A stretch of 64,000 bases of DNA. It comes from Gemmatimonadota bacterium. Its GTDB lineage: Bacteria; Latescibacterota; UBA2968; GCA-2709665. The DNA is taken from positions 59,309-123,308 of the forward strand of contig JAPPJY010000058.1 in NCBI GenBank assembly GCA_028874335.1. The letters run 5' to 3'. Made by a program: the position numbers and the translations under genes. The notes below the pieces were generated by a model. The model saw only the letters and a program-made list of their open reading frames with translations, did not search any database and had not been told where the DNA came from. Below are positions 34,300 to 44,273 of this stretch, in pieces. How positions within the stretch are numbered: position 1 is the stretch's first letter; each line of letters begins with the position of its first letter.

Positions 34300-34992
34300 A
34301 TGGGTGTGATTACCGTTTCAAGAGAATACGGCAGCGACGGACGATCGGTCGCACAAAAGGCGGCGGATCTGCTGGGTTATCTTTGCATGAACAAAGACCT
34401 GCTGGTGGAAGTGGCCAATGAGGCCCAGGTCCCGGTCTCTGAAGCCGAACGTTTCGACGAACGCCCTGAACATCCCGCCATGCGGGTGATTCGAAAGTTC
34501 CTGACACCGGGGCATCCGGAAGCCATTACCGGCCTTTCCGAGTACGAATGGTGGGCGACCGCGACGGTTCCCGAACTGACGGGGCGAAGCGATGCCGCTC
34601 TGCCCCTTCCGGACGAGGAAGCCTTTGTCAACATCACGCGTGAAGTCGTCGCGCGCCTGGCCGAACGGGACAACGTGATTCTGGTGGGCCGGGGCGGGCA
34701 GGCGCTGCTGAGAGATCGGCCGGACACCCTCCATCTGCGCGTGGTTGCCCCCATCGATTACCGGATCCAGGTGGTTATGGAGCGGGAGGATCTGGAATCA
34801 GACGCAGCAACGAAACGCATCCGCAAGATGGACGAGTACCGGAAACGCTATCTCAAACGGCACTACGGAATCGCCTGGAACGCTACCGAAAACTATCACC
34901 TGACGCTCAATACCCGGCAGACCGGTATCGAAGGCGCCGCCTGCATCGTCGCCGAAGCCGTGCGGTACATGATCAAGGCAAGGCGAAACTGA
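34300..34992 (+). CDS. Cytidylate-kinase-like family protein
   Basis: MGVITVSREYGSDGRSVAQKAADLLGY is the characteristic N-terminus of the family. Confidence 0.7.
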   Translation: MGVITVSREYGSDGRSVAQKAADLLGYLCMNKDLLVEVANEAQVPVSEAERFDERPEHPAMRVIRKFLTPGHPEAITGLSEYEWWATATVPELTGRSDAALPLPDEEAFVNITREVVARLAERDNVILVGRGGQALLRDRPDTLHLRVVAPIDYRIQVVMEREDLESDAATKRIRKMDEYRKRYLKRHYGIAWNATENYHLTLNTRQTGIEGAACIVAEAVRYMIKARRN

Positions 34993-35082
34993 CCGCGCGC
35001 GGCCGGAATGCGATGCAGGAAACACAAAGATGCCCCGGGGATCCCTCCGGGGCGTTTCGCTGTCCAGCCAACCTGTCCTGCT

Positions 35083-35523
35083 TTATTCTTCTTCTCTGAG
35101 CAAATCCGCGAGCATCTCCAGCGCCGCGATATATCCGCGCCACTTGAATCCGGCAACCTGCCCGACCACGATCGCCGAAAAGCAGGAATGCCTCCGGAAC
35201 GCTTCTCTGGCATGGATATTCGACAGATGCACCTCCACCGTTGGCAGCCGGCTGTCTTCAACGGCATCCCGCAGCGAGTAACCGAACCCCGTCAGACCCG
35301 CCGGATTGAGAATGATACCCTGGACGCGCTCCCTCGCCTCGTGGACCCGGTCGACGAGAACGCCCTCGTGGTTGGACTGCAGGAATTCCAGCTCGCAGCC
35401 CACCGCGCTCGCGCGTTCCTGAAGCCTGGCGTGGATCTCGTCCAGCGTGGCGAGACCATAGTGATCCGCCTTCCGCTTCCCGAGCATGTTCAGGTTAGGT
35501 CCCTGAAGCACGAGTATTTTCAT
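35083..35523 (-). CDS. aroQ: Type II 3-dehydroquinate dehydratase
   Basis: MKILVLQGPNLNMLGKR...LQSNHEGVLVD...ILNPAG...VEVHLSNIHAREAFR. Confidence 0.9.
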   Translation of the reverse strand: MKILVLQGPNLNMLGKRKADHYGLATLDEIHARLQERASAVGCELEFLQSNHEGVLVDRVHEARERVQGIILNPAGLTGFGYSLRDAVEDSRLPTVEVHLSNIHAREAFRRHSCFSAIVVGQVAGFKWRGYIAALEMLADLLREEE

Positions 35524-35644
35524 GCCGACTTCTCCAATGCCAATCCGAGTCGCCGCGTCGTCGCGCACGCTCGCCATTCGCGGAACTGAGCCTGCCTGGC
35601 CGTCCGCACTGCAAACGGCGCCGTCGATTCAGAATCCGTTCCGA

Positions 35645-36718
35645 CTAAAGATACCCTGCGCGGTCATCCCGCAACGCCGAGACTACGTCTCTCACGCGCT
35701 GCGCCCGATCGCGCCGGCAGATCAACAGCGCGTCGGGCGTATCGACAACGACCAGACCCTCCACGTCCACGAGGGCGATCAGCTTGCCCTCGACGCCAAA
35801 GGCCGTGATATCCCGTGAATTCAGATTCAATACCTCGCCGGAGACCAGATTGCCCTCGCTGTCCACGGGAAGGATATCCGTCAGCGCGCCCCAACTGCCG
35901 ATATCGCTCCAGTCTATATCCGCCTCCAGGGTGGCCACCCGTGGCGCTCGTTCAATGACGGCATTGTCTATGGCCACCTCCGTCATCCGGGGATACTCCC
36001 GCGCGATGACATCCTGTTCCGACCCGGAGCCCACCGCTGCCTGAATGCGCATCAGGATTCGGTGGAGTTCCGGCTCAAACTGCTCGAACAGCGCCAGGAC
36101 CGTACGCGCCTTCCAGACAAACATGTTGCTATTCCAGAGAAAGTCGCCGCTATCAACGTATCGCCTCGCGGTCGGCTCATCGGGTTTCTCCCTGAACCGC
36201 GCCACGCTGTAGACCGGCTCACCGTTTACCCGCCTGGCAACGCTCCCCTTCTGGATGTAGCCGTACCCCGTCTCCACGCGGGTGGGTTTCACCCCAAGCG
36301 TAAAGAGGGCGTCGGGATCCTCCTCCAAGGCTTCTTCCGCCACACGAAGCAGCCGGCAGAACTCCCCGCGCCTTCCGATATGGTGGTCGGAGCCCAGGCT
36401 GGCCACAGTACAGCCGGGGTACCTGCTTTCGAGAAGTACGCATTCCAGTCCCACGGCCGGTCCTGTATTGCGCAGCGCCGGCTCGACGATCAACCCGGTC
36501 CCGGGCAGTTCGGGGAGCTGTTCACGAACCAGCGCGACCAGGTCGCTGCCCGTTGAAACGTGGAGGTTGCGCACGTCCACCAGCGGCCGGATCCGGTGGA
36601 CAGCCTCCTGCAGCATGGTGCGTTCTCCCACCATCCTGTGGAACTGCTTGGGCCTCGACGTCCGGCTGTAAGGCCACAGGCGGGTACCGAAACCGCCGGC
36701 CCGAATGACGAATTTCAT
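35645..36718 (-). CDS. Mannose-1-phosphate guanylyltransferase-like nucleotidyltransferase
   Basis: MKFVIRAGGFGTRLWPYSRTSRPKQF carries the G-rich NTP-transferase motif. Confidence 0.75.
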   Translation of the reverse strand: MKFVIRAGGFGTRLWPYSRTSRPKQFHRMVGERTMLQEAVHRIRPLVDVRNLHVSTGSDLVALVREQLPELPGTGLIVEPALRNTGPAVGLECVLLESRYPGCTVASLGSDHHIGRRGEFCRLLRVAEEALEEDPDALFTLGVKPTRVETGYGYIQKGSVARRVNGEPVYSVARFREKPDEPTARRYVDSGDFLWNSNMFVWKARTVLALFEQFEPELHRILMRIQAAVGSGSEQDVIAREYPRMTEVAIDNAVIERAPRVATLEADIDWSDIGSWGALTDILPVDSEGNLVSGEVLNLNSRDITAFGVEGKLIALVDVEGLVVVDTPDALLICRRDRAQRVRDVVSALRDDRAGYL

Positions 36719-36723
36719 TGTGT

Positions 36724-37248
36724 TTACCGTGTTCCGGCCGAATTCCCGGATGCCGGAGGATTCACCCTCACCGCGCGGATGGCGCCGCCGCACGCCGCGT
36801 CTTCCACGGCAAGAAACAGCCCGGGGGACGCGGATTCCTCTGCCGGGAGGGCCAGATTCAACGCATATCTGGCGTTTTCGACAAGGTCCAGGTCATCCAC
36901 ACGATCCAACTCGACCCACTGCAGACGCCCTTCGTTACATTGATGCAAGGATTCGCGACCGGTATGCCCCGAGAAGAATACTACGGTGGTGAGGTCGCCG
37001 TCTTCAATCCGGGACAAAACGACGCGGATCTCGAGATTCTCGATATCCTCCGCTTCGATGCCGGATTCCTCGCTCACCTCGCGGAGCGCCGCCGATTCCA
37101 GATCGCCCATCTCACCGGGTTCCGCCCGGCCACCGACTCCTGTCCATCGGCCCGGCGCAAACCGCTTGCGGGACCCACGCTCAAGTAACAAAACACGGTT
37201 TTTCCGAAACAGAAAAACCGTCACATAGACGTTCAGACCCGCACCCAC
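36724..37248 (-). CDS. NUDIX hydrolase
   Basis: Nudix box GGRAEPGEMGDLESAALREVSEESG. The start is uncertain (GTG 37248 or 37224). The longer ORF upstream runs into a repeat and was rejected. Confidence 0.65.
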   Translation of the reverse strand: MGAGLNVYVTVFLFRKNRVLLLERGSRKRFAPGRWTGVGGRAEPGEMGDLESAALREVSEESGIEAEDIENLEIRVVLSRIEDGDLTTVVFFSGHTGRESLHQCNEGRLQWVELDRVDDLDLVENARYALNLALPAEESASPGLFLAVEDAACGGAIRAVRVNPPASGNSAGTR

Positions 37249-37256
37249 GTCAGCCT

Positions 37257-37432
37257 CTAACCTTGATTCGTAAGTCTTCGGGGACGTTAATTCGAATATA
37301 TGCTTGTAAATAAAGGTGATTAGACGGCTGATTACCAGGATACACCAGGTCACTGGACGTGAACGGAAAAAACGTCCTGCTAAACGTCGATAACAACCCG
37401 TTTCGGAGGGTTTTATCGCGTCGCCGCGTTGC
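37257..37432. repeat. Tandem intergenic repeat, unit 1 (period 195 nt)
   Basis: ctaacc..gattcg...ggtgattagacggctgattaccaggata...cccgtttcgg...gcgtcgccgcg aligns to unit 2 at a +195 offset. Confidence 0.8.
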
Positions 37433-37451
37433 TGTTTTTTTCGGATTAAGG

Positions 37452-37625
37452 CTAACCAGGATTCGTCGTTTTTCGGTGACGTTAGTTCGTATATGTGCAA
37501 GTTGACAAAGGTGATTAGACTGCGGATTACCAGGATAAACCAGGTTGTTGGACGTCAACTGACAAAACATCCTTCTGGATGACCGCTACGCCCCGTTTCG
37601 GCAGCTTTCGTCGCGCCGCGCTTCC
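37452..37625. repeat. Tandem intergenic repeat, unit 2
   Basis: ctaaccaggattcg...ggtgattagactgcggattaccaggata...cccgtttcgg...gtcgcgccgcg. Roughly three quarters of positions match unit 1 by eye. Confidence 0.8.
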
Positions 37626-37691
37626 AACTCTTTCGAATTGAGACTGATGAGTTTGCAGCCCGGAGATGGGAACGTCAGGCCTCACATGATG

Positions 37692-38567
37692 TCAAACCCG
37701 TACCTTTGCGCCGGATCGCGAGTTCAACAAAAGCGAATACAGCCTGGCCAGCGTCTGCCGCATTTCGTTGCGCGGCACGATCATGTCAACGAATCCGTGC
37801 TCAAGGACCTTCTCGGCGCGCTGGGCGCGACGGAGCGCCTCCAGTTCGTCCTCACCCACGGAACTACCGGTAATCCGCTCGCCCGTAAAGCCGATCAACG
37901 CGTTGGGCTCCGCGATATTGACGTCGCCGATCAGGGCGTAACTGGCGGACACACCGGCAGTCGTCGGGTCCGTCAGTACTGAAATGAACAGCAGACCCTC
38001 GTCTGCAAACCGCGCAAGCCTCGCATTGATCTTGGCGAGTTGCATCAGCGAAAGCGCGCTTTCCTGCATCCTGGCGCCCCCCGATCGACAGATCAGGAGG
38101 AGGGGCAGACGCTCCGTGATACACCGATCGATCAGCCGGCAAAACCGCTCGCCCTCCGCCGACGACAGCGTACCCATGATAAACGCGGGTTCGTGAATCC
38201 CCACACCGATGCGCCAGCCATCGATCTTCCCGATGCCCACGCTGACCGCCGCGTCCAGGCCCGTGGCCTTCCGACCCTCCCGGATCCGATCGGCATAACG
38301 CTTGCGATCTTCGAATTGCAGCGGATCGGCGGACTTTACCTCCGTGGCAATCTCCTTGAAAGAGCCTTCGTCGAGGATATGATCCAGGTACTCCTTATAA
38401 CCGATCCTGAAGTGCGCGCCGCAATGGGGACAGATCCCGAACCCCTGCCGTACCTGCTTGCTGTAAAGCGTCTGATGGCAACGTTCGCACTTGATCCACA
38501 GATTGTCGGGCATCGTCCGGCGGACAAGCGTCTGGATGCCGGACTTCAATCGATCAAACCAATTCAC
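37692..38567 (-). CDS. accD: Acetyl-CoA carboxylase carboxyltransferase beta subunit
   Basis: Zn-ribbon WIKCERCHQTLYSKQV...CPHCGAHFRI and the carboxyltransferase region ...GGARMQES.... The start is uncertain (GTG 38567). Confidence 0.9.
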   Translation of the reverse strand: MNWFDRLKSGIQTLVRRTMPDNLWIKCERCHQTLYSKQVRQGFGICPHCGAHFRIGYKEYLDHILDEGSFKEIATEVKSADPLQFEDRKRYADRIREGRKATGLDAAVSVGIGKIDGWRIGVGIHEPAFIMGTLSSAEGERFCRLIDRCITERLPLLLICRSGGARMQESALSLMQLAKINARLARFADEGLLFISVLTDPTTAGVSASYALIGDVNIAEPNALIGFTGERITGSSVGEDELEALRRAQRAEKVLEHGFVDMIVPRNEMRQTLARLYSLLLNSRSGAKVRV

Positions 38568-38973
38568 GATCAGTTTTCCTCTTAAATCCGTTGCGTTTTC
38601 ATTTTCCCGCACCGCCGGAACCGATTGGGGCGGAACGCGAAATATACCCCCATCGCCGGATTGACACAAGAAAATTAATACATAGCAGGCAGTTAGGCGG
38701 ATCCTCTACCCGGACCCGCGTATTCATTCCGGCGCGGATCGTGTCCGATTTATCCCTCGTTACACCGCCTCGATCGCTGCACGGTCATATAGATTTTCTG
38801 TTGACTTGCTTTCGCGTATCTTATAGTTTTCCCTTCGCGATCCACCGATAGACGATGGCGAATGACCATCCGTTCGCGCGCCCGTAAAACTTCGACTATG
38901 GACGCCGCTACGTACGATCGCAATCCCCGTCACGTCCGGGAAGAAACATCCATTCCGAACCGGGAACCATTTC

Positions 38974-39858
38974 GTGCTGACAGAAAGCCTCAAGGTCTTT
39001 TGCGACCTCATAGAAACCCAGAGCTTTTCCAAGACTGCCCTGCTCAATGACGTCAGCCAGTCGGCTGTCAGTCAGCAACTCAAGAGCATCGAAAAACGGC
39101 AGGGTCGGCAACTGGTGCAACGGGAAAAGAGACGGCTTTCCCTTACCGCGGAAGGCGAAGTCTTTTACGGCTATGCGCGGGAGATCGTCCGGCGCTTCGA
39201 TGAAATGCAGCATCGTTTGCAGGCCTTGAGCGGAGAAATCTCAGGCACCGTACGACTTTCCGCCATTTACAGCGTGGGCATGATGGAATTGGCCGCGTTC
39301 CTGAAAACGTACATCAAGGGTCATCCCAAGGTCAATCTGCGATTGTCGTATACCCAGGCAAGGAATATCTACGACAACGTGGCAAGCGGCCAGATCGACC
39401 TGGGTGTCGTCGCCTTTCCCCGCTCCCAGCGAAACGTGGACGCGGTCCAGTTTGCTGAAGACCCGATGGTGGTGATCTGCTCCGTATCCAACCCGCTCAG
39501 CGTGCAACCGAACGTCAGCCCGGGTGAACTTGCGGAACAGCGGCTCATCCTGTTCACACCTGAATTTCCTACCCGGACGGCGGTCGACCGGTACTTCAGG
39601 AAACACGGCGTGAACCTCCGACCGGTCATGGAACTGGACCATATCGCGACCCTGATCCACGCCGTCGAGGTCGACATCGGAATCTCCCTGGTGCCTTCAT
39701 CGGCGCTGCGACAGGGCCGGTTCAAAGATACGCTCAGAGCGCTTCCGCTTCGCGGCAAGCCGTTGATACGCACGCTGGGCGTCCTTCAGCGCAAGGGCCG
39801 CAGTCACTCCATGGCAACCCGAAAACTGTTCGAAACGCTGACCGGCGCCAATCTTTAA
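38974..39858 (+). CDS. LysR-family transcriptional regulator
   Basis: GTG start. HTH region LKVFCDLIETQSFSKTALLNDVSQSAVSQQLKSIEKRQGRQLVQRE. Confidence 0.85.
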   Translation: MLTESLKVFCDLIETQSFSKTALLNDVSQSAVSQQLKSIEKRQGRQLVQREKRRLSLTAEGEVFYGYAREIVRRFDEMQHRLQALSGEISGTVRLSAIYSVGMMELAAFLKTYIKGHPKVNLRLSYTQARNIYDNVASGQIDLGVVAFPRSQRNVDAVQFAEDPMVVICSVSNPLSVQPNVSPGELAEQRLILFTPEFPTRTAVDRYFRKHGVNLRPVMELDHIATLIHAVEVDIGISLVPSSALRQGRFKDTLRALPLRGKPLIRTLGVLQRKGRSHSMATRKLFETLTGANL

Positions 39859-39934
39859 TTTGCCGCAAAGACTCTCCATAAAGGTAAACGGAAAACCCTG
39901 GGCATCGTCCACATCATATTAAACAGGAGCCCTG

Positions 39935-40495
39935 ATGTCACTACCGGACAGGGATGAAGCCTTTCAGTTGTTATGCGAACACACGAAGAATCCGAACCTC
40001 GTCAAGCATATGCTGGCTGTCGAAGCGGCAATGCGGGCCTACGCCCGAAAATTCGGGCAGGACGAGGATCTGTGGGGCATCACCGGGCTGCTGCACGACT
40101 TCGACTACGAGAAACACCCCAGCCCCGAAGAGCACCCGATGGTCGGCGTCCGCATCCTTTCGGAAAAAGGATATCCAGCGGACATCATCCACGCGATCAA
40201 ATCTCACGCCACGTACCTGGGCGTGCCCAGGGACAGCCTGCTCGACAGGGCCCTGTTCGCCGTGGATGAACTCACCGGGTTCATCGTCGCCGTTACGCTG
40301 ATGCAACCTTCGAGGAAACTGGCGGACCTGAAGACCTCGTCCGTCCGCAGGAAGATGAAACAGAAGGGATTCGCGCGGGCCGTCAGCCGGGACGACATCC
40401 TCACGGGGGCATCGGAACTCGGGGTGGACCTGGACGAACATATCGCATTCGTGCGTGACGCAATGGCCGGCATCGCGGATGAACTGGGTCTTTAG
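39935..40495 (+). CDS. HD/HDIG-domain hydrolase
   Basis: VKHMLAVEAAMRAYA...GLLHDFDYEKHP carries the HD motif. Confidence 0.75.
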   Translation: MSLPDRDEAFQLLCEHTKNPNLVKHMLAVEAAMRAYARKFGQDEDLWGITGLLHDFDYEKHPSPEEHPMVGVRILSEKGYPADIIHAIKSHATYLGVPRDSLLDRALFAVDELTGFIVAVTLMQPSRKLADLKTSSVRRKMKQKGFARAVSRDDILTGASELGVDLDEHIAFVRDAMAGIADELGL

Positions 40496-40543
40496 TAGCT
40501 GTCTTAAAACTCCTGGCGGTCTTCGCACCGCTACGGGGTCGGC

Positions 40544-43500
40544 TTACCGCTTCAATACGTAAAGCGCCCCGTCGCCGGAAGCCGCCGCGATTTCAGGAAT
40601 ACCGTCGCCGTCCACGTCCGCCGCGGCCATTGTCATCAGCGCGCCGCCGGTTTTGAAACGCGCCAGCGTCCGTCCATCGCCGTTGGCAAGCAGGTGCACG
40701 ACGCCATCCTCCGTCCCCGCGGCGACCTCGGGTCTTCCGTCGCCGTCGAAATCACCCACGGCAATACAACGCACGACCTCCCCGAGGTCCGCTCGCCAGA
40801 CAACGGTCCGCCCGTCGCCCTTGATCACGTACACGTTGAAACTCATCGAAGACGCCACCACCTCGTCCAGCCCGTCTCCATCCATATCGGTCGTTACGAC
40901 CTGCGTCACCTCGTCCCCGGTATTGAATTGCCAGAGGAGCCTGCCGTCTGCGCCAAGGGTATGAATATGCGTATCGGCCCCCGCAAAGACCACTTCCTTC
41001 ATGCCGTCCCCATCCAGATCGCCCGCCGTGGCGGAATTGGTCCGTGGGCCGGTACTGGGATGGTATGACCATCGGATCGCGCCGCTGCCGTCAATGCAGT
41101 GCCAGCGATGGTATTCCGTTCCAGCAATCACCTCGTCCCTGCCGTCGCCGTCGATATCCGCCGCGCAGCCCTGGGTGGATGAGTGTACGGTCATCTGATA
41201 CCACAGCAGCTCTCCCTCGTGCGTGAACGCATAGTAGCGCCAGGACTCGGCGCCGGCGATCACCTCCAGCTTGCCGTCCCCGTTGATGTCGCCGGCAAAT
41301 ACGGTCTTCAGCATTGGCTTTCGGTAGTAAAGTGGGATTTCATAGTCCCACTTCACCTTTCCGCTTGCGCTGAGCACGTAGACCTTCGTATCCGCGGACC
41401 CTGCAATGACCCGTGCCCTGCCGTCACCCGCCAGATCCGCGGCCCATACGGATCTCACCTCGCCTCCGGTGCGGAACCGCCAGAGCGCGGCGCCATCCCG
41501 CAGCGCACATACGGACGCGCCCCGGCCGCCCGCCACCAGCACGTCCGATCCGTCCCGCATCAGGTCTGCCGCGTACAACGAGAGAAACGGTCCCTCTTCC
41601 CCAAAGGTCCAGAGCGGCTTCAATCGACCCGTGCGGCCCCAGCCGGGTCGGATCAATTCAGGCTGGGACACATTCGGGCGCACCGTACGCGTAGCCGCCC
41701 TGCGCAGAGACATTACGGCGTCAGGAACCACGCGGAATCGATGGTCGCCGGCAGGCAATGTAAAAGACACCATGTTGCCGGAAACGGACGCATCCACGGC
41801 TTTTCCGTCGACACTAACGCCCGAGCGACCATCCGACCACAGGCACAGCCTGGCGCCCTGCCGGGCGGCCGCCCGACCCTCGCACCGAACCGGATCGTAC
41901 TCCATAGACACCGGTTGTTCCGAATGCAGCTCCACCCCTCCCCACCCGACCCGCGTGCCGTCAACGACCGCGAAACGGGACGGAGAGACCATGAATTGAG
42001 CCGCGGCCACGGTGGGACCGCCTGGAATCTCGACCGGTTCACCGGGTTCTCCCGTGCCGGCGTAGACGACTTCCTCACTGCCGTCAATCCGGACGGCGCC
42101 ATCCGTCAGCCGCGTCAACTTCAAACTCCGTGTGGCCGGCTCACCGCCGCAATAGAGAAGGTTGAAGAACCGATAGGTCTCATGAGCCTTCAATCGTACG
42201 TCCACGATCTGCTGGAGGATCCGTACGACGGGTTTCGCGTGCGGATATTCCGTCCAGTTCCTGCCCGTTTCCCCGTCGTCTTCCAGCTTCAGCGATGGTC
42301 CCTTCAGTCCCTGGATGAAAAAACGCTCTCCGTCCTGCTCCACCGTCAGGCCGCCGCCGCGCAATGCCACGTCGCCCAGCGTCTGCCAGATCGCCCTGAA
42401 ACCGAAATCATCGTCCGACAGGGCTTCCATCTCATCGATCACCAGGAAGAACCGGCCCCGGTTCCAGAGGATGTTCCGGTGCCAGTCCACCCCGCTGTAG
42501 TCGCGCAGCGTGGTCTCGGAGAAGCCCGATCGGTCGAAGTTCGCGGCGCGCTCGAGCTCCACGAACGGCGGAATCTCGGCGGACTGTCCGTTCCTGAAGA
42601 CCAGCACGCCGTTGTGAAACTTGGGTAACGACTTGATATAGTCGCAATCGGCCAGCCAGATCCGCCGCCGCTGGGTTATGCGGCAAATCGAATTCCCGTC
42701 GTAATGTTTGTGTCCTCCGTTCGAGAGCCCGTCCAGGAACAGATACTGCGCCATAGGATCGTACCCGTCCCGGAATACGACCTTGTCGACGGTTTTCTTC
42801 AACGGCAGATGGTCTCTCCCCTGATTCGACGCGTAATACAGCGGATCCACCGGGAACACCTGCGTGCCGTCAAGGTCCGCGGGCTCGATCGGGGTCACCC
42901 GTCTGTGGTATTCGTATGCCGCGAATCGAGGCTCGACGGCCGTCTTCCTCTCGAGCATCCACTGATATCGACCGTCGCCCATCGCGAAAACGGCAGCCCG
43001 CAGATAAGGCAACTCGCTCCACCATCCGAAAGGTGAGGCATTGTCGCCATAGGGCAGCGCATAGCCCAGATTGTCCGTTGTCAGGACGGCGTAGTCGGCC
43101 GCCTTCCGGGCGCACCCGTTCTCGAAGAACGTCATATCTCCACTGGAGAGCGAATACCTGGTCAGGTGGTAATGGGTCAACCACTGGTACCCGCTGCAGT
43201 CTTCGTGAGGCTTGAACGCCTTTGCCTGGAACCGGAAACACGCGTCGGACAGCGCCAGCCACGCGTCCGCTTCCGGAATCCCGTAATACTTCCGGAAATA
43301 GGCGCCGGCATAGTGCAGCCCCAATGCGGCGAACGTGGTGTGGTTGTGCCTCACGCGGGGCACTTCCATATCGCCCACGTGTGACACGCAGTCGCTGATG
43401 AACTCGAACAGGATCCGGGTAATCCGCAGCCGGTCGTCCTCCGAGATCACCGGGCTCTCCTCGACGAGGTCCCAACCCGGCATCACTTTATGCAGCGCAA

Positions 43501-44242
43501 AATCGGCGTCGAATCCCCAGATGCCGCCGTAGTTGTCCGGATCGGACATCGCGTGCCGGTACATTCGATAGACGAGGCGCTTATACAGCTCGGCATAGAC
43601 GTCTTTTCCGGTAAGCCCGTACAAGAGCCCCCGTTCGCCGATCCGGCCCCAAAGGCCCGTATGTTCCCCCCGGCGCAATGCTTCCTCCGCGGCCGCCATC
43701 TCCGAATCCACGTCGGGCTCGTCTTCGAGCCCGGGAATCCGAAGTGCGTCGGCCCCGAACCTCACGTCGAACAGAGGACCGGTCGAAAGCGTCTCCCCCT
43801 TTTCCAGTTTCGCCGAGAACCGCCCCACCGCGGCACGCACGCCATCCGGGTCGCTGCCGAAGAGACCCACGGCGTTCGAGCCGTTTCCCCACGGGTCGTG
43901 AATCGTCTGAACGAGATATCCCCCGCGGCCCGGATACAGGTCGTCCGCAGGGGTATAGTTGTATCCGTAGAGACGGAAGACCGCGCGGTTCGCGTTCACG
44001 TTTCCCAGCAGAATGAGATGGCGGTCCGGAGGCGTCGTCGGGTCCGCGTCCGACACAATGGGAACGTCCGCGCCGGAAAGGTCACGGATCGCTGCCTGCA
44101 ATTCCGAAGCCAGTTCCCGATACTGCGCATCGTCCGGGCAGACAATTGCCGATGTGGGTGTGCCGCGGCTCGCCAGCACCGTGTCCGGATAGCATCTCTT
44201 CGGCTGTTTCAACTTCCCGGCTGACCCTTTCGAATCGGGCAT
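40544..44242 (-). CDS. Large multidomain protein: heparinase II/III-like region plus a C-terminal FG-GAP/VCBS repeat propeller
   Basis: 1232 aa. The C-terminal third has at least 7 repeats of the xDxDGDGxxEVxxG type (ADLAGDGRARVIAGS, GDINGDGKLEVIAGA, ADIDGDGRDEVIAGT, GDLDGDGMKEVVFAG, TDMDGDGLDEVVASS, GDFDGDGRPEVAAGT, ADVDGDGIPEIAAAS). Confidence 0.75.
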   Translation of the reverse strand: MPDSKGSAGKLKQPKRCYPDTVLASRGTPTSAIVCPDDAQYRELASELQAAIRDLSGADVPIVSDADPTTPPDRHLILLGNVNANRAVFRLYGYNYTPADDLYPGRGGYLVQTIHDPWGNGSNAVGLFGSDPDGVRAAVGRFSAKLEKGETLSTGPLFDVRFGADALRIPGLEDEPDVDSEMAAAEEALRRGEHTGLWGRIGERGLLYGLTGKDVYAELYKRLVYRMYRHAMSDPDNYGGIWGFDADFALHKVMPGWDLVEESPVISEDDRLRITRILFEFISDCVSHVGDMEVPRVRHNHTTFAALGLHYAGAYFRKYYGIPEADAWLALSDACFRFQAKAFKPHEDCSGYQWLTHYHLTRYSLSSGDMTFFENGCARKAADYAVLTTDNLGYALPYGDNASPFGWWSELPYLRAAVFAMGDGRYQWMLERKTAVEPRFAAYEYHRRVTPIEPADLDGTQVFPVDPLYYASNQGRDHLPLKKTVDKVVFRDGYDPMAQYLFLDGLSNGGHKHYDGNSICRITQRRRIWLADCDYIKSLPKFHNGVLVFRNGQSAEIPPFVELERAANFDRSGFSETTLRDYSGVDWHRNILWNRGRFFLVIDEMEALSDDDFGFRAIWQTLGDVALRGGGLTVEQDGERFFIQGLKGPSLKLEDDGETGRNWTEYPHAKPVVRILQQIVDVRLKAHETYRFFNLLYCGGEPATRSLKLTRLTDGAVRIDGSEEVVYAGTGEPGEPVEIPGGPTVAAAQFMVSPSRFAVVDGTRVGWGGVELHSEQPVSMEYDPVRCEGRAAARQGARLCLWSDGRSGVSVDGKAVDASVSGNMVSFTLPAGDHRFRVVPDAVMSLRRAATRTVRPNVSQPELIRPGWGRTGRLKPLWTFGEEGPFLSLYAADLMRDGSDVLVAGGRGASVCALRDGAALWRFRTGGEVRSVWAADLAGDGRARVIAGSADTKVYVLSASGKVKWDYEIPLYYRKPMLKTVFAGDINGDGKLEVIAGAESWRYYAFTHEGELLWYQMTVHSSTQGCAADIDGDGRDEVIAGTEYHRWHCIDGSGAIRWSYHPSTGPRTNSATAGDLDGDGMKEVVFAGADTHIHTLGADGRLLWQFNTGDEVTQVVTTDMDGDGLDEVVASSMSFNVYVIKGDGRTVVWRADLGEVVRCIAVGDFDGDGRPEVAAGTEDGVVHLLANGDGRTLARFKTGGALMTMAAADVDGDGIPEIAAASGDGALYVLKR

Positions 44243-44273
44243 GGGTTCGTCCTTTCAAATCCGTCGTTTTTAT

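Noticed and set aside
36724-37570. The 258-aa extension of the NUDIX ORF, and the 106-aa ORF 37250-37570 with an internal peptide repeat
   Set aside because: The apparent peptide repeats are read-throughs of the 195-nt tandem DNA repeat, and two different frames stay open equally. The NUDIX homology begins near 37248.
41183-42628. 481-aa plus-strand ORF (and other long ORFs at 43490-44224 and 42870-43475)
   Set aside because: They are antisense to or out of frame with the 1232-aa heparinase/FG-GAP gene.
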